Source: an uncultured virus (IMG/VR IMGVR_UViG_3300002132_000024) (taxonomy: Duplodnaviria; Heunggongvirae; Uroviricota; Caudoviricetes). From it: DNA of 64,000 bases. Both the position numbers and the translations under genes were made by a program. The notes under the pieces were generated by a model. It made no database searches. It saw only the letters and a list, made by a program, of their open reading frames with translations, and was not told the DNA's origin. Within the stretch, counting starts at the first letter, position 1, and the number at the start of each line of letters is the position of its first letter. The stretch spans positions 1 to 64,000 of IMG/VR virus record IMGVR_UViG_3300002132_000024; one strand, written 5' to 3'. Of the stretch, positions 28,985-37,245 are shown one piece after another.

Positions 28985-29534
28985 ATTGACCTACCTTCTC
29001 CCACGGGTAAACTAACCAAGTATCTTCTTCTAACTTGTTTACAGCGTGTGAATAGTACGAAACATCATCAAAAGAACTAGATCCGTTTTCAGTTAATACT
29101 GCAAACCGAACATTGTTGCCCCAAACAGTGTTCCAAGCTGCTTCGTCGGGCAAACAACTACCCTGCCAATCTTCTTTAATCCAGTTAAATGTAGCACCGC
29201 TATCGTTAATATCATCTACAATAAGAATATTCTTACGCAGCGAAATATCCCAACGTGATCCTGTGATGCCATTCTTGGGAGGATCGTTATATCCAAATGC
29301 ATCTTCGGCCATCCATAAATTGCTTTCTGGCCCTTGTTCGTCGTCACGTAGGCTAACTTTAAGTGCTTCGCATCGAACGCCGAGCATATTGCTGAGAATA
29401 GTAGCAGGAACATTACCACCACGAGTAATACCTACAATATAATTAGGACGCCAGTTGTCTTGATACATCTGCAACGATATATCAGTACACATTGTTTCTA
29501 CGTCTTGCCAGCTGTAATAATGTTTTTTAATCAT
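28977..29534 (-). CDS. Purine phosphoribosyltransferase (xanthine-guanine PRT-like)
   Basis: IVGITRGG, LIVDDINDSGAT, WLVYPWE. Confidence 0.85.
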   Translation of the reverse strand: MIKKHYYSWQDVETMCTDISLQMYQDNWRPNYIVGITRGGNVPATILSNMLGVRCEALKVSLRDDEQGPESNLWMAEDAFGYNDPPKNGITGSRWDISLRKNILIVDDINDSGATFNWIKEDWQGSCLPDEAAWNTVWGNNVRFAVLTENGSSSFDDVSYYSHAVNKLEEDTWLVYPWEKVGQYD

Positions 29535-29719
29535 TTTCCATCCTTTGCGGATTTCTCCGCTTTAGTAAGTTTATTATTCCAAGTGTAGTTGCTAATGCCT
29601 AATTCATTTGCCATGGGCTTAGTTTTGCCTTTAGTGACCGCACCGCCCTTGGCTAAAAATTCAGCCATCAGTCGTTCTGTTTCTGCGTCTTTAGATTTTG
29701 CATCATGATTCATTGCCAT
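29531..29719 (-). CDS. Small protein with SutA-like motif
   Basis: ERLMAEFLAKGGAVT. Confidence 0.5.
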   Translation of the reverse strand: MAMNHDAKSKDAETERLMAEFLAKGGAVTKGKTKPMANELGISNYTWNNKLTKAEKSAKDGK

Positions 29720-30167
29720 GTATTCTTCTTCCTTCTAGATACTGTTCATTGTGTACCCATTTATCCTTAACTAAAAATCCCCACTCACGTTTGTGAGGAC
29801 CAGGCATGAACAGTGTCCAAGCAGTGATACCTGGTTCTAATTCAATTCTATGATAGCTGTTTGGTTGGCACGTTCTAAAATGTCCAGGGCCACGCCAGTG
29901 TTTTTCTTCCCCGACCATTGTGCCATCGTCTGTAAACACTGGAGTGTATTCCCAGTAGCCCCCACGTAATATTAGTGTAGCATAAGGCCAAGGATGATCG
30001 TGAACATCGTCCGGATCACCTTTTAAGAACTTGTGTAAGAATACGTTAAAAGGAAAACTCTTACGCTCTTTAAGAAAGAGGTAGTAGCGTTCTAAGTAAG
30101 GTTCATTATGCACACGGTCGTAGATGATACGCTTTCGACCGACTCTTTCTAAAAGTTTAAGCAGCAT
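29703..30167 (-). CDS. Cupin-fold protein
   Basis: HDHPW...GGYWE...YHRI...WTLF...REWGF. Confidence 0.7.
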   Translation of the reverse strand: MLLKLLERVGRKRIIYDRVHNEPYLERYYLFLKERKSFPFNVFLHKFLKGDPDDVHDHPWPYATLILRGGYWEYTPVFTDDGTMVGEEKHWRGPGHFRTCQPNSYHRIELEPGITAWTLFMPGPHKREWGFLVKDKWVHNEQYLEGRRIHGNES

Positions 30168-30582
30168 AGATATAATACACCTCTTCTTCTAAATAACGTT
30201 TTAGTTCTTTGTCAGTAGGTTCTACATTATAGTTGTTCTTAAAAAAGATTTCATAACTATCAGAACCATACTTTCCAATGCCATACAATATTGTAGCATC
30301 ATTTCTGTCCCATGTCAAGAAGTCTTGGGTCATTCTAAACAAACGAGTATAGCGAACATTCACCATTCCTAACGGGGCGATAATACTCTTAACAAACTCT
30401 TCGTCAGCATCTAGCAGATTTTGTGGCATAGGAAACCAATATAAGAATTCGGGCAGTGTTAGTTTCACTGCCTTCCTTCCTGTTTGATTTAACATAATCA
30501 CACCAACCATGTGTTGCCATGCGCCGTCGATCTGCTGTTGTACCATTAGATTATCTTTAAGCGGCGCAAACCAAGTACTCAT
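30157..30582 (-). CDS. MBD4-like HhH-GPD DNA glycosylase domain
   Basis: WQHMVGVIMLNQT, PLGM, LYGIGKYGSDSYEIF, PTDKELKRY. Confidence 0.75.
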   Translation of the reverse strand: MSTWFAPLKDNLMVQQQIDGAWQHMVGVIMLNQTGRKAVKLTLPEFLYWFPMPQNLLDADEEFVKSIIAPLGMVNVRYTRLFRMTQDFLTWDRNDATILYGIGKYGSDSYEIFFKNNYNVEPTDKELKRYLEEEVYYIYAA

Positions 30583-31325
30583 CTTGAGGCAAACTCCTGT
30601 TGTAGTTTAATGTTGTCAAAGAACTCTTTCTTTGTGCTTTGATCTGTATTGAACGCACCTTTCAATACTGTAGTTTGTGTTAGACTACTATGCGCCATAA
30701 TTCCACGATTCTCACAACATCCGTGTACTGCTTGAATGTAAACTGCTACATTTTCACTATCAGTTGCCTTACTGATCTCACGAGCAATGTCGTTGCAGAG
30801 TTCTTCTTGTAGTGTACCTCGTCTAGCACACCACTGTGCAATGCGAGTATATTTGCTAAGACCAATTAACTTTTGAGCAGCAATAATTCCAATGTAGGCA
30901 ACCCCAGCGACAGGCTGATGGTGATGACTACACATACTACGCAACTCACTACGTACAACCAACATGCCTTCATATCTGTCCTCGGTGTCATTTGGAAACG
31001 CTGTTGCGTCTGGTGCAGATTCATAACGCCCTGCCATAATTTCGTTAAAGTACATCTTGGCAAGTCTACGTGCAGTACCTTGCGAGTTAGGATCATTCTC
31101 ACGATCGATTAACAGTGCATCAAGTACGCCTTCAAAGGCGACGGTAGCTTCGTCAACAAGTCTATCAAAATCTGTAAAATGTACATACTCGCTGATGTTG
31201 TCGCCTGCCCAGAAACGCTTTTTATCACGTTTCATTCTAGCACGAATGTTATCGCCTAGATATCCTTCACTATAGCCACCATCACCTGCCATAGCGTCTA
31301 GTCCTGTTTCTTTTTTATCTGTCAT
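30579..31325 (-). CDS. folE: GTP cyclohydrolase I
   Basis: TARRLAKMY, SMCSHHHQP, IGLSKYTRI, LQEEL, HGCCENRG. Confidence 0.95.
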   Translation of the reverse strand: MTDKKETGLDAMAGDGGYSEGYLGDNIRARMKRDKKRFWAGDNISEYVHFTDFDRLVDEATVAFEGVLDALLIDRENDPNSQGTARRLAKMYFNEIMAGRYESAPDATAFPNDTEDRYEGMLVVRSELRSMCSHHHQPVAGVAYIGIIAAQKLIGLSKYTRIAQWCARRGTLQEELCNDIAREISKATDSENVAVYIQAVHGCCENRGIMAHSSLTQTTVLKGAFNTDQSTKKEFFDNIKLQQEFASR

Positions 31326-31714
31326 TGAATTACCTCAAATAGCGAATCAAAGTGAGTGTCTACTTTTTCTTTCTTAGATTGAAAGATGTCTATTTTTGAA
31401 AATGTATACCCGTGTTTCATTCCAACTAATACAGCTAACTTTTCAAAGTTGGTTAGATTTTGATTAGATACAGCAATAATGTATCCGTGTACCCAGTCTT
31501 TATTGTTATGGATGTTGTGTAGTTTTGCAGGACCGAATCCCATACCTCGCAGTTTTCTAAACCACTCGTGATGATCGATGTCGTTGATGACATCAATTAG
31601 ACCGTGATCGTCGAGGTCTTTTCCTTTGATAACAAATAAATGATCGGTATTATACAGCTCATTGTATTCGTCTTGATTAGAAGTAAGGTCTTCTAGTATT
31701 TTGACTAATTGCAT
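31322..31714 (-). CDS. Hypothetical protein
   Basis: GGAG RBS; ATGA-coupled to folE. Confidence 0.6.
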   Translation of the reverse strand: MQLVKILEDLTSNQDEYNELYNTDHLFVIKGKDLDDHGLIDVINDIDHHEWFRKLRGMGFGPAKLHNIHNNKDWVHGYIIAVSNQNLTNFEKLAVLVGMKHGYTFSKIDIFQSKKEKVDTHFDSLFEVIQ

Positions 31715-31752
31715 TTTTTCTCCGAGTTAAGGTCGAGGATGACCTGTTATAA

Positions 31753-32823
31753 TTAGTTTAACATCTTTAACAGCTGATTGCAACTAAAATAATCTTCTGT
31801 TAATAACTTTACTTGTTTATTTAGGCGAGGTAAGTAATCTTTATAATTTTCCATATAGTCGATGATCTTTTCGATTACCAACGGACGATACTTTATATAA
31901 GACTCAAACGATTCGGCCCATTCGCTAGGGTACTTAAACGCCTCAAACGCCATTTCGCTGTAGCTTAGTCTATCTGGCACCATAGGAATAGCATCAACTA
32001 TTGCACCTTCATACCAACTAATACCCAGTGTTTCTTGTAGGTTAGCACTGAACACAAGTTTAGCTTCACCTAACAAATTATGATATTCATTCTTTGTTAG
32101 CTGTTGATCCTGGCACACAACAAACTCATACTGCGGCAAGTGTTCTTTTAAGTCACGGAAGATTTCAACCTGCTTCTCTGGAGCAATACGATGCGGAAAC
32201 AAAATAAGATCACGCTTGGGCATGTTCTTATACATTGCTAGTGTATTCTGCATATACTCCATAGGCCAACCTGTGCGTACAATTTTGTTATTGGCGTGAT
32301 TCTCACGTAAGCCAACAATACAGCCTAAAAGTTCTTCGCAAAACATTTCAATGTGAAAGTCTGTGGCAAAGTAGTTGTGGTCAAATGCGTAAAAGAAACT
32401 CTTCTCAGCATGTCTAACCCAAGGCTTATCTCCAACAAGACGTCCTAAGAAGTCTTGTGGATCATAACTACCAGCATGCCATAAGCCGTGTGTGACTACT
32501 GGAATGCCCAGCAATTCACTCATGTACTTTAAGTTGATAATACCCGGGTGCCAAGCATCAGTAAAAATAAAATGATCGCCGGGGCGAACGGCTCCGTTGC
32601 AAAAAAGCCGACCCATCTGCTCAACTTGGCTAGCCTTATATATATTAGTGCCGCCAAAGTTAAGGAAAGCCCCAGGCGTAGTCGCACTAGGGATATCCGT
32701 AGGCCCTGATATAACATGAACATCGTGTTTGTTCCTTTCAAGAAGTAAAGGCAAGTGAGTTTTCCACTGGCCCGTATAGCGAGTTTCAACTGCTTCTAGG
32801 TCAATAAGGAAAACTCTTGCCAT
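31753..32823 (-). CDS. GT-B glycosyltransferase (GT4/phage DNA glucosyltransferase-like)
   Basis: LWHAGSYD, FPHRIAPEKQ, EYHNLL, QETLGISWYEG, PDRLSYSE. Confidence 0.75.
   Translation of the reverse strand: MARVFLIDLEAVETRYTGQWKTHLPLLLERNKHDVHVISGPTDIPSATTPGAFLNFGGTNIYKASQVEQMGRLFCNGAVRPGDHFIFTDAWHPGIINLKYMSELLGIPVVTHGLWHAGSYDPQDFLGRLVGDKPWVRHAEKSFFYAFDHNYFATDFHIEMFCEELLGCIVGLRENHANNKIVRTGWPMEYMQNTLAMYKNMPKRDLILFPHRIAPEKQVEIFRDLKEHLPQYEFVVCQDQQLTKNEYHNLLGEAKLVFSANLQETLGISWYEGAIVDAIPMVPDRLSYSEMAFEAFKYPSEWAESFESYIKYRPLVIEKIIDYMENYKDYLPRLNKQVKLLTEDYFSCNQLLKMLN
31755..31783 (-). promoter_or_regulatory. Putative sigma70 promoter TTGCAA-N17-TAAACT
   Basis: Hexamers at 31778-31783 and 31755-31760, just before a leader hairpin. 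Confidence 0.4.
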
Positions 32824-33117
32824 TTATCGAGTACCTCGTTCAAAGCGTGGACTGTTGTTATCAAACCTTGGCTTGTTGTTATCAAACCTTGGCTTGTTGT
32901 TATCAAACCTTGGCTTGTTGCCTTGGTAAGGGCGACGTGGTCGTTTACTTGCCAGATACGCACCATAGTTCTGTGAATCTCTACGATAGAGGTCCGCAGG
33001 ATTGAACTCTCGGAGTTCGAATCTACACCAATCTAGATACGCTTCGAGATCCTCCCACACTTTAACAACGTCTGGGCGATTTGCGAAATAGGAATAATCC
33101 TTGTAGTTCTTAGCCAT
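32824..33117 (-). CDS. Hypothetical protein with NKPRFDN repeat tail
   Basis: AAGGA RBS; coding tandem repeat. Confidence 0.65.
   Translation of the reverse strand: MAKNYKDYSYFANRPDVVKVWEDLEAYLDWCRFELREFNPADLYRRDSQNYGAYLASKRPRRPYQGNKPRFDNNKPRFDNNKPRFDNNSPRFERGTR
32854..32920. repeat. Three perfect 21-bp tandem repeats (GTTGTTATCAAACCTTGGCTT)
   Basis: Units at 32854, 32875 and 32896 plus a partial unit. Confidence 0.9.
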
Positions 33118-33129
33118 TATAGCTTTCCT

Positions 33130-33519
33130 TTAGTACTTAATAAATGAACCATTTTCTCCGTCTTCGGAGACCTCAATCCAAACCTCACGGCCTGGATACT
33201 TTTGTGAAATGCTGTCGTATAAATCACCTGACATCATTTCGCAACTCTTAAAATCAAGTTGGAGTGTACCTTCTTTGTACAGATTTTCCAACCAGCGTTT
33301 AAATTGAATGAACTCAATATCGCGATCATCGTGCGTAATACCAATCCACACTTTAAAGTGGAAGATATGACGATGCGGATAGCCTAGAAAACTTACATCA
33401 TACTCATCGCCTGTAGCTAGAGCAGGATCAGTTAGTGCGGCAGGATACTTGTGCATACCCTCTTTTCGAAATGTCACCCAAATCATTTTGTTAGGGCGAA
33501 CGTCTTGCTTAATAATCAT
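33130..33519 (-). CDS. T-fold QueD-like protein, DpdL-type (putative CDG decarboxylase)
   Basis: FLGYPHRHIFH (LxxxHRHxF) instead of QueD CxxxHGH; DIEF, SCEM, VSEDGENG; start may be 33594. Confidence 0.65.
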   Translation of the reverse strand: MIIKQDVRPNKMIWVTFRKEGMHKYPAALTDPALATGDEYDVSFLGYPHRHIFHFKVWIGITHDDRDIEFIQFKRWLENLYKEGTLQLDFKSCEMMSGDLYDSISQKYPGREVWIEVSEDGENGSFIKY

Positions 33520-33558
33520 TTTATTATCTTCTTCTTTAGATCTACGTTGTATATACTT

Positions 33559-33587
33559 ATAATACGACTCTTGTTCATCGTTGTCAA
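33559..33587 (-). promoter_or_regulatory. Putative sigma70 promoter TTGACA-N17-TATTAT
   Basis: Hexamers at 33582-33587 and 33559-33564. Confidence 0.5.
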
Positions 33588-33594
33588 GTGACAT

Positions 33595-33987
33595 TTACTT
33601 CAAACTTTCCATAGTGAGAATCTTTCCGATTTCGTTTCCAAGATCCATTTCTTCTGTAATAACATACATTGAGGTAATGTTCTCATCTTTACGGCGATCA
33701 TATTTTCTAGTTTCAATAACAAATCCGCCCGACGCTGAATATATTTGTAAACGCATGCCTTCGGAATGAAGCTTAGACTCATCAACTGAGACAGAGTGAT
33801 TACTGTAGTCATCAGCTTCTGCTTTTTCTTCAAAAAGCCAGTTGAGGAATCGTTGTCTAAATGTTAATTTCATAGTTTTTACTTTTTTAATTGCTTTACG
33901 GGATTGAAGTGGAATGCCTATTCCACGTGATATACGAGTTGACGCTCTACTAGAAGCAGTTGCGTATGCTGGACCGTGTGTTCCCAT
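33595..33987 (-). CDS. Hypothetical protein
   Basis: TAATG coupling. Confidence 0.6.
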   Translation of the reverse strand: MGTHGPAYATASSRASTRISRGIGIPLQSRKAIKKVKTMKLTFRQRFLNWLFEEKAEADDYSNHSVSVDESKLHSEGMRLQIYSASGGFVIETRKYDRRKDENITSMYVITEEMDLGNEIGKILTMESLK

Positions 33988-34520
33988 TATTTGATAATCT
34001 CATCTTTGCCATATTGATCCCAGCTAGTGAATCTTTCACGATCCATCATGTCTGCAATCAAGTGACACCACACACCGGGATTAGATGCTTTAAAACCGGT
34101 ATCGTCAATTTTAATTGTAGCATTGTATCCTAGTTGCTGAATGTATGGGATCTTAACACTAAGTTGCGGAATGAACTGACGTTTTTCTGTAAGACCACTT
34201 TCTAGTAGTCCTTCAACTTGTGATACATCGAGGTCTAGTGTACACCAAAACTCGTCATCTGCATCTAAACATACATAGATCATGTTTTCCCACAGTGCCC
34301 AACCTGCTGCATCGTTGGTTTCGAGTTTAGGAAAACTTTGATTAGCACCAAAGTATATATGAGTGCAATTGTGTTTATTAGCTTCTGCCATGACTTGATA
34401 AGGATCATGTACACCTACTACGAAAAGAGTTTTCTTTCCGTAAGCAGGAGTTGTTTCGATTTCAATACCTGTAAAGAAGCTAATACTATCAGCAACACCT
34501 GTTTCATAATTACGTTTCAT
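33987..34520 (-). CDS. Hypothetical protein within the deazaguanine locus
   Basis: FFTGIEIE, TLFVVG, HIYFGANQSF, KIDD, NPGVWCH. Confidence 0.7.
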   Translation of the reverse strand: MKRNYETGVADSISFFTGIEIETTPAYGKKTLFVVGVHDPYQVMAEANKHNCTHIYFGANQSFPKLETNDAAGWALWENMIYVCLDADDEFWCTLDLDVSQVEGLLESGLTEKRQFIPQLSVKIPYIQQLGYNATIKIDDTGFKASNPGVWCHLIADMMDRERFTSWDQYGKDEIIK

Positions 34521-34948
34521 TCTTCTAACCCCGATACTTTCATTTCTTGTGTACGTTTACGTTCTTGCAGTTCTTCTTCATGGAGATCGCACAGCGTACG
34601 AATCCAACCACTATTACGCTTTTTACCAGCGCCACCGCATGTTTCACAAGCACGGTCTGCCCACGATTCTGCCATGCTAACTAGTCCGCGAATGTAGTCA
34701 TCGCCGCCATCGTAGTAAAATCGCAAACCACCAAACTTTTCTTTAATCTGTGCTACGACAACTTGTGGCACAACTAGAGTTTCTCTGTTCTTCCAATCAA
34801 CATGATTTTGAATGTTATCACACAGCTTTTCTAAAATGGGATACCAGCCAGCACCTACAGCAAATCCACCGTATGGACTACTAAACATTTTTGGAAAACG
34901 TTCTTCCATGTTTTTAGTAAATTGTTCGTATTCTTGATCTTCACTCAT
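34517..34948 (-). CDS. Hypothetical phage protein with putative Zn site
   Basis: QIKEKFGGLRFY...CETCG...LCDLH. Confidence 0.65.
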   Translation of the reverse strand: MSEDQEYEQFTKNMEERFPKMFSSPYGGFAVGAGWYPILEKLCDNIQNHVDWKNRETLVVPQVVVAQIKEKFGGLRFYYDGGDDYIRGLVSMAESWADRACETCGGAGKKRNSGWIRTLCDLHEEELQERKRTQEMKVSGLEE

Positions 34949-35154
34949 TACCATGTACTCACATCTGTAATATCAACGGTAGTGTCGTTATCTTTGTCAT
35001 TATCGTTGAAAAGGTTGAATTTAACAGTGACCGTAGGGCCAATGCCGCTACAACGTGTTTCTTCCAAAGTAAACCATTCTACTTCTTTGAAGTGTTGAGT
35101 CATCTTAGCAAGTTTTTCAACTTGTGTTCGATTGAGTGTAAATGTAGAGGACAT
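34948..35154 (-). CDS. Hypothetical protein
   Basis: Contiguous small ORF. Confidence 0.55.
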   Translation of the reverse strand: MSSTFTLNRTQVEKLAKMTQHFKEVEWFTLEETRCSGIGPTVTVKFNLFNDNDKDNDTTVDITDVSTW

Positions 35155-35161
35155 AGTTGCC

Positions 35162-35344
35162 TTAGTTCAGGGTGTTGTTTTGCTTATGTATTAGTATAGC
35201 AAGTTCATCTTTCATTGTCAACTTCTTTTTCTTCAAATCGGTGATTCTCTCGCTAGTAGCATCACCGCTTTTTTCTAAAGAGATAATTTGTTTATCCAAC
35301 ACTCGATGTGTTTCTTCTAAGAACGCAATTCTTCTTTCGTACAT
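35162..35344 (-). CDS. YdcH/DUF465-like coiled-coil protein
   Basis: HRVLDKQI...LKKKKLTMKDEL. Confidence 0.6.
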   Translation of the reverse strand: MYERRIAFLEETHRVLDKQIISLEKSGDATSERITDLKKKKLTMKDELAILIHKQNNTLN

Positions 35345-35355
35345 AGTAAGTTTCC

Positions 35356-36894
35356 TTATTCGGCTACAAGTTTATCCAATTCGGTATCTTCTCGATCGTC
35401 ATTCCACGAATCTTTATCTTCTTCACCTTCTTCGTAGAACAAGTCATTTGAGATATTAGTGACACCACCACGCAAGCGTGAGCCTTCCAAATTCTGCATA
35501 AAGCCTCTAGTTTCAGCTTCTTTAATCATATCAAATGCAGATTCTTTGTCCGGGCAGTCAAACAGTTCTTCAACAAAGCGATCAAAGTACAAGATGTTCC
35601 GTGGAACCCAATCACTGTACTCATCGCTCATATCACGATCTTTGTTCTTCTTCCACTGTCTCCAGTCTGGACGAATCTTAGCAAGCTCGATATCTGCCAA
35701 ATTGTTAGCACGTTGTACAGCAACAATGTGTTGATACACATTATGACCCATCATTAGAGCATAACCAAAGCTATCCCACGATGTCTTGCCTTCTTTGCCA
35801 ATCTTGTTTAACATTCCTGGCTTGTAATGACAGATATCAGAGATGTTTAGTCTACGACCAATTTCGCTTTCGAATGGAAACGGAATGTCTGGACGTGATG
35901 CAAGTGCTTTATTGTCCGGAGCCTTGTCCATGATAACACTCCATCGCTTGGCTGTATGCTGACTATTAGTGTAAACAAGTCCGTGTGCAGTTGCAATGAA
36001 CGGTGACGCACAGTCAAAGCTGATTGTAAAGTTAGGATTAATATGTTTACGGACCTGACGTTGAATACTAGTCAAGTAGCACGACCAATCTAACTGTGCA
36101 GTACCCAAGAAGTGCATCCAATCCTTGCCTTCTAACATACCATCAAAGCGCATAGTGATTAATCGACGTAGAGTAATATGCATCTTGCACATATTAGCAC
36201 CACCCATTGCCCAACCTTCAGCGGCTTTTTCGCCCCAAACTTTAGTGTCACTGAACTCTTTAACACCTTCGTACCACGCTTCCGCAGTATCCCAGTTGCT
36301 TCCTTGTAAAACGTTTAAGAACTTAGTAGCACCTAAGCGATTTTCTAAGAAGTACTTGTTGTTGTGACGAGTTTTATCCAGGCAGTCTTCAAATGACTTC
36401 AATCCGGTCTTAGGACTGTGAATATGATCACATGCCCAAGTCGGAACGTCTAGCATCATGGACCAGTCAGCAGTTAGTTCAAGCCAGTTAAGAATATCAT
36501 CACGTGTCTTATTAGCTGCTTTGCCTTCAAAGTCAAGCCAATCAAACTTAAGAATGCCTTTACCGATCTGATATCCGCCTGAGTCGCCTAAGATCATAGT
36601 CTTGCTACGATCACGTTGCTGTACCATAGCATCATGATCCATAGTCTTGTTAAGGTCTAACTGTGCATGACCAGCTGAATACAAACCAAACTTGTAATAG
36701 AAGTAGCCTTGTTCTGGGTTTAAGAAGTTCATACCTTCGATACCACGATCAAATCCTGCTGGGATACGATCCTTGGGTACAAACTCTCCTTTACGTTGCT
36801 TGGCAATGTATGTTGAGTAAAAAGAACTGATAGCTGGTAAGTATACCGCATAGTCTTTCTGTAGGGGTGTTAAATCAACTGGTTGTTTGCTCAT
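35356..36894 (-). CDS. dpdA: TGT-superfamily transglycosylase, probable DNA 7-deazaguanine insertase (DpdA-like)
   Basis: LGDSGGYQ, MLDVP, VLQG, GWAMGG, HFLG, SFDCAS; clustered with folE and queE. Confidence 0.75.
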   Translation of the reverse strand: MSKQPVDLTPLQKDYAVYLPAISSFYSTYIAKQRKGEFVPKDRIPAGFDRGIEGMNFLNPEQGYFYYKFGLYSAGHAQLDLNKTMDHDAMVQQRDRSKTMILGDSGGYQIGKGILKFDWLDFEGKAANKTRDDILNWLELTADWSMMLDVPTWACDHIHSPKTGLKSFEDCLDKTRHNNKYFLENRLGATKFLNVLQGSNWDTAEAWYEGVKEFSDTKVWGEKAAEGWAMGGANMCKMHITLRRLITMRFDGMLEGKDWMHFLGTAQLDWSCYLTSIQRQVRKHINPNFTISFDCASPFIATAHGLVYTNSQHTAKRWSVIMDKAPDNKALASRPDIPFPFESEIGRRLNISDICHYKPGMLNKIGKEGKTSWDSFGYALMMGHNVYQHIVAVQRANNLADIELAKIRPDWRQWKKNKDRDMSDEYSDWVPRNILYFDRFVEELFDCPDKESAFDMIKEAETRGFMQNLEGSRLRGGVTNISNDLFYEEGEEDKDSWNDDREDTELDKLVAE

Positions 36895-37243
36895 ATTCTC
36901 TCGCTAATTTTGCTGTTATGTCTAACTGTTGTCTTGCCTGTTCTAGATTGTCTAATGCTATTTTAACAGCCTTATTGTCTGTTGCCAAGCTCTGCCACAT
37001 CATTTCTTCATCACGCTTCTTACGTGCCCACTGTACTATGTCTAGTACATCTTGATCAAGGCCTACAGTAGCATAGCTAGTAGATAGCATTTGCCAACTA
37101 GATCCGTTAAACACTTCCATCTCTGTACCGTGAATACGTAGCATACCCGTCATCGGGTTATTAGGGTTTGGACCAACATACGGCAGGGCAGTGTTGCCAC
37201 CTTCGACCGAAACGCCTGTAATACCTTGTAGACCTTTAATCAT
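36875..37243 (-). CDS. Hypothetical protein
   Basis: Between the clamp and dpdA. Confidence 0.6.
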   Translation of the reverse strand: MIKGLQGITGVSVEGGNTALPYVGPNPNNPMTGMLRIHGTEMEVFNGSSWQMLSTSYATVGLDQDVLDIVQWARKKRDEEMMWQSLATDNKAVKIALDNLEQARQQLDITAKLAREYEQTTS

Positions 37244-37245
37244 AT

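Noticed and set aside
31715..31750. Canonical preQ1-I riboswitch
   Set aside because: It lacks the A-rich tail and the typical loop consensus; kept only as an unclassified structured leader
32854..32920. Direct repeats as a possible CRISPR array
   Set aside because: Head-to-tail repeats with no spacers, in frame within a CDS
33130..33519. Canonical QueD
   Set aside because: The catalytic CxxxHGH is replaced by LxxxHRHxF
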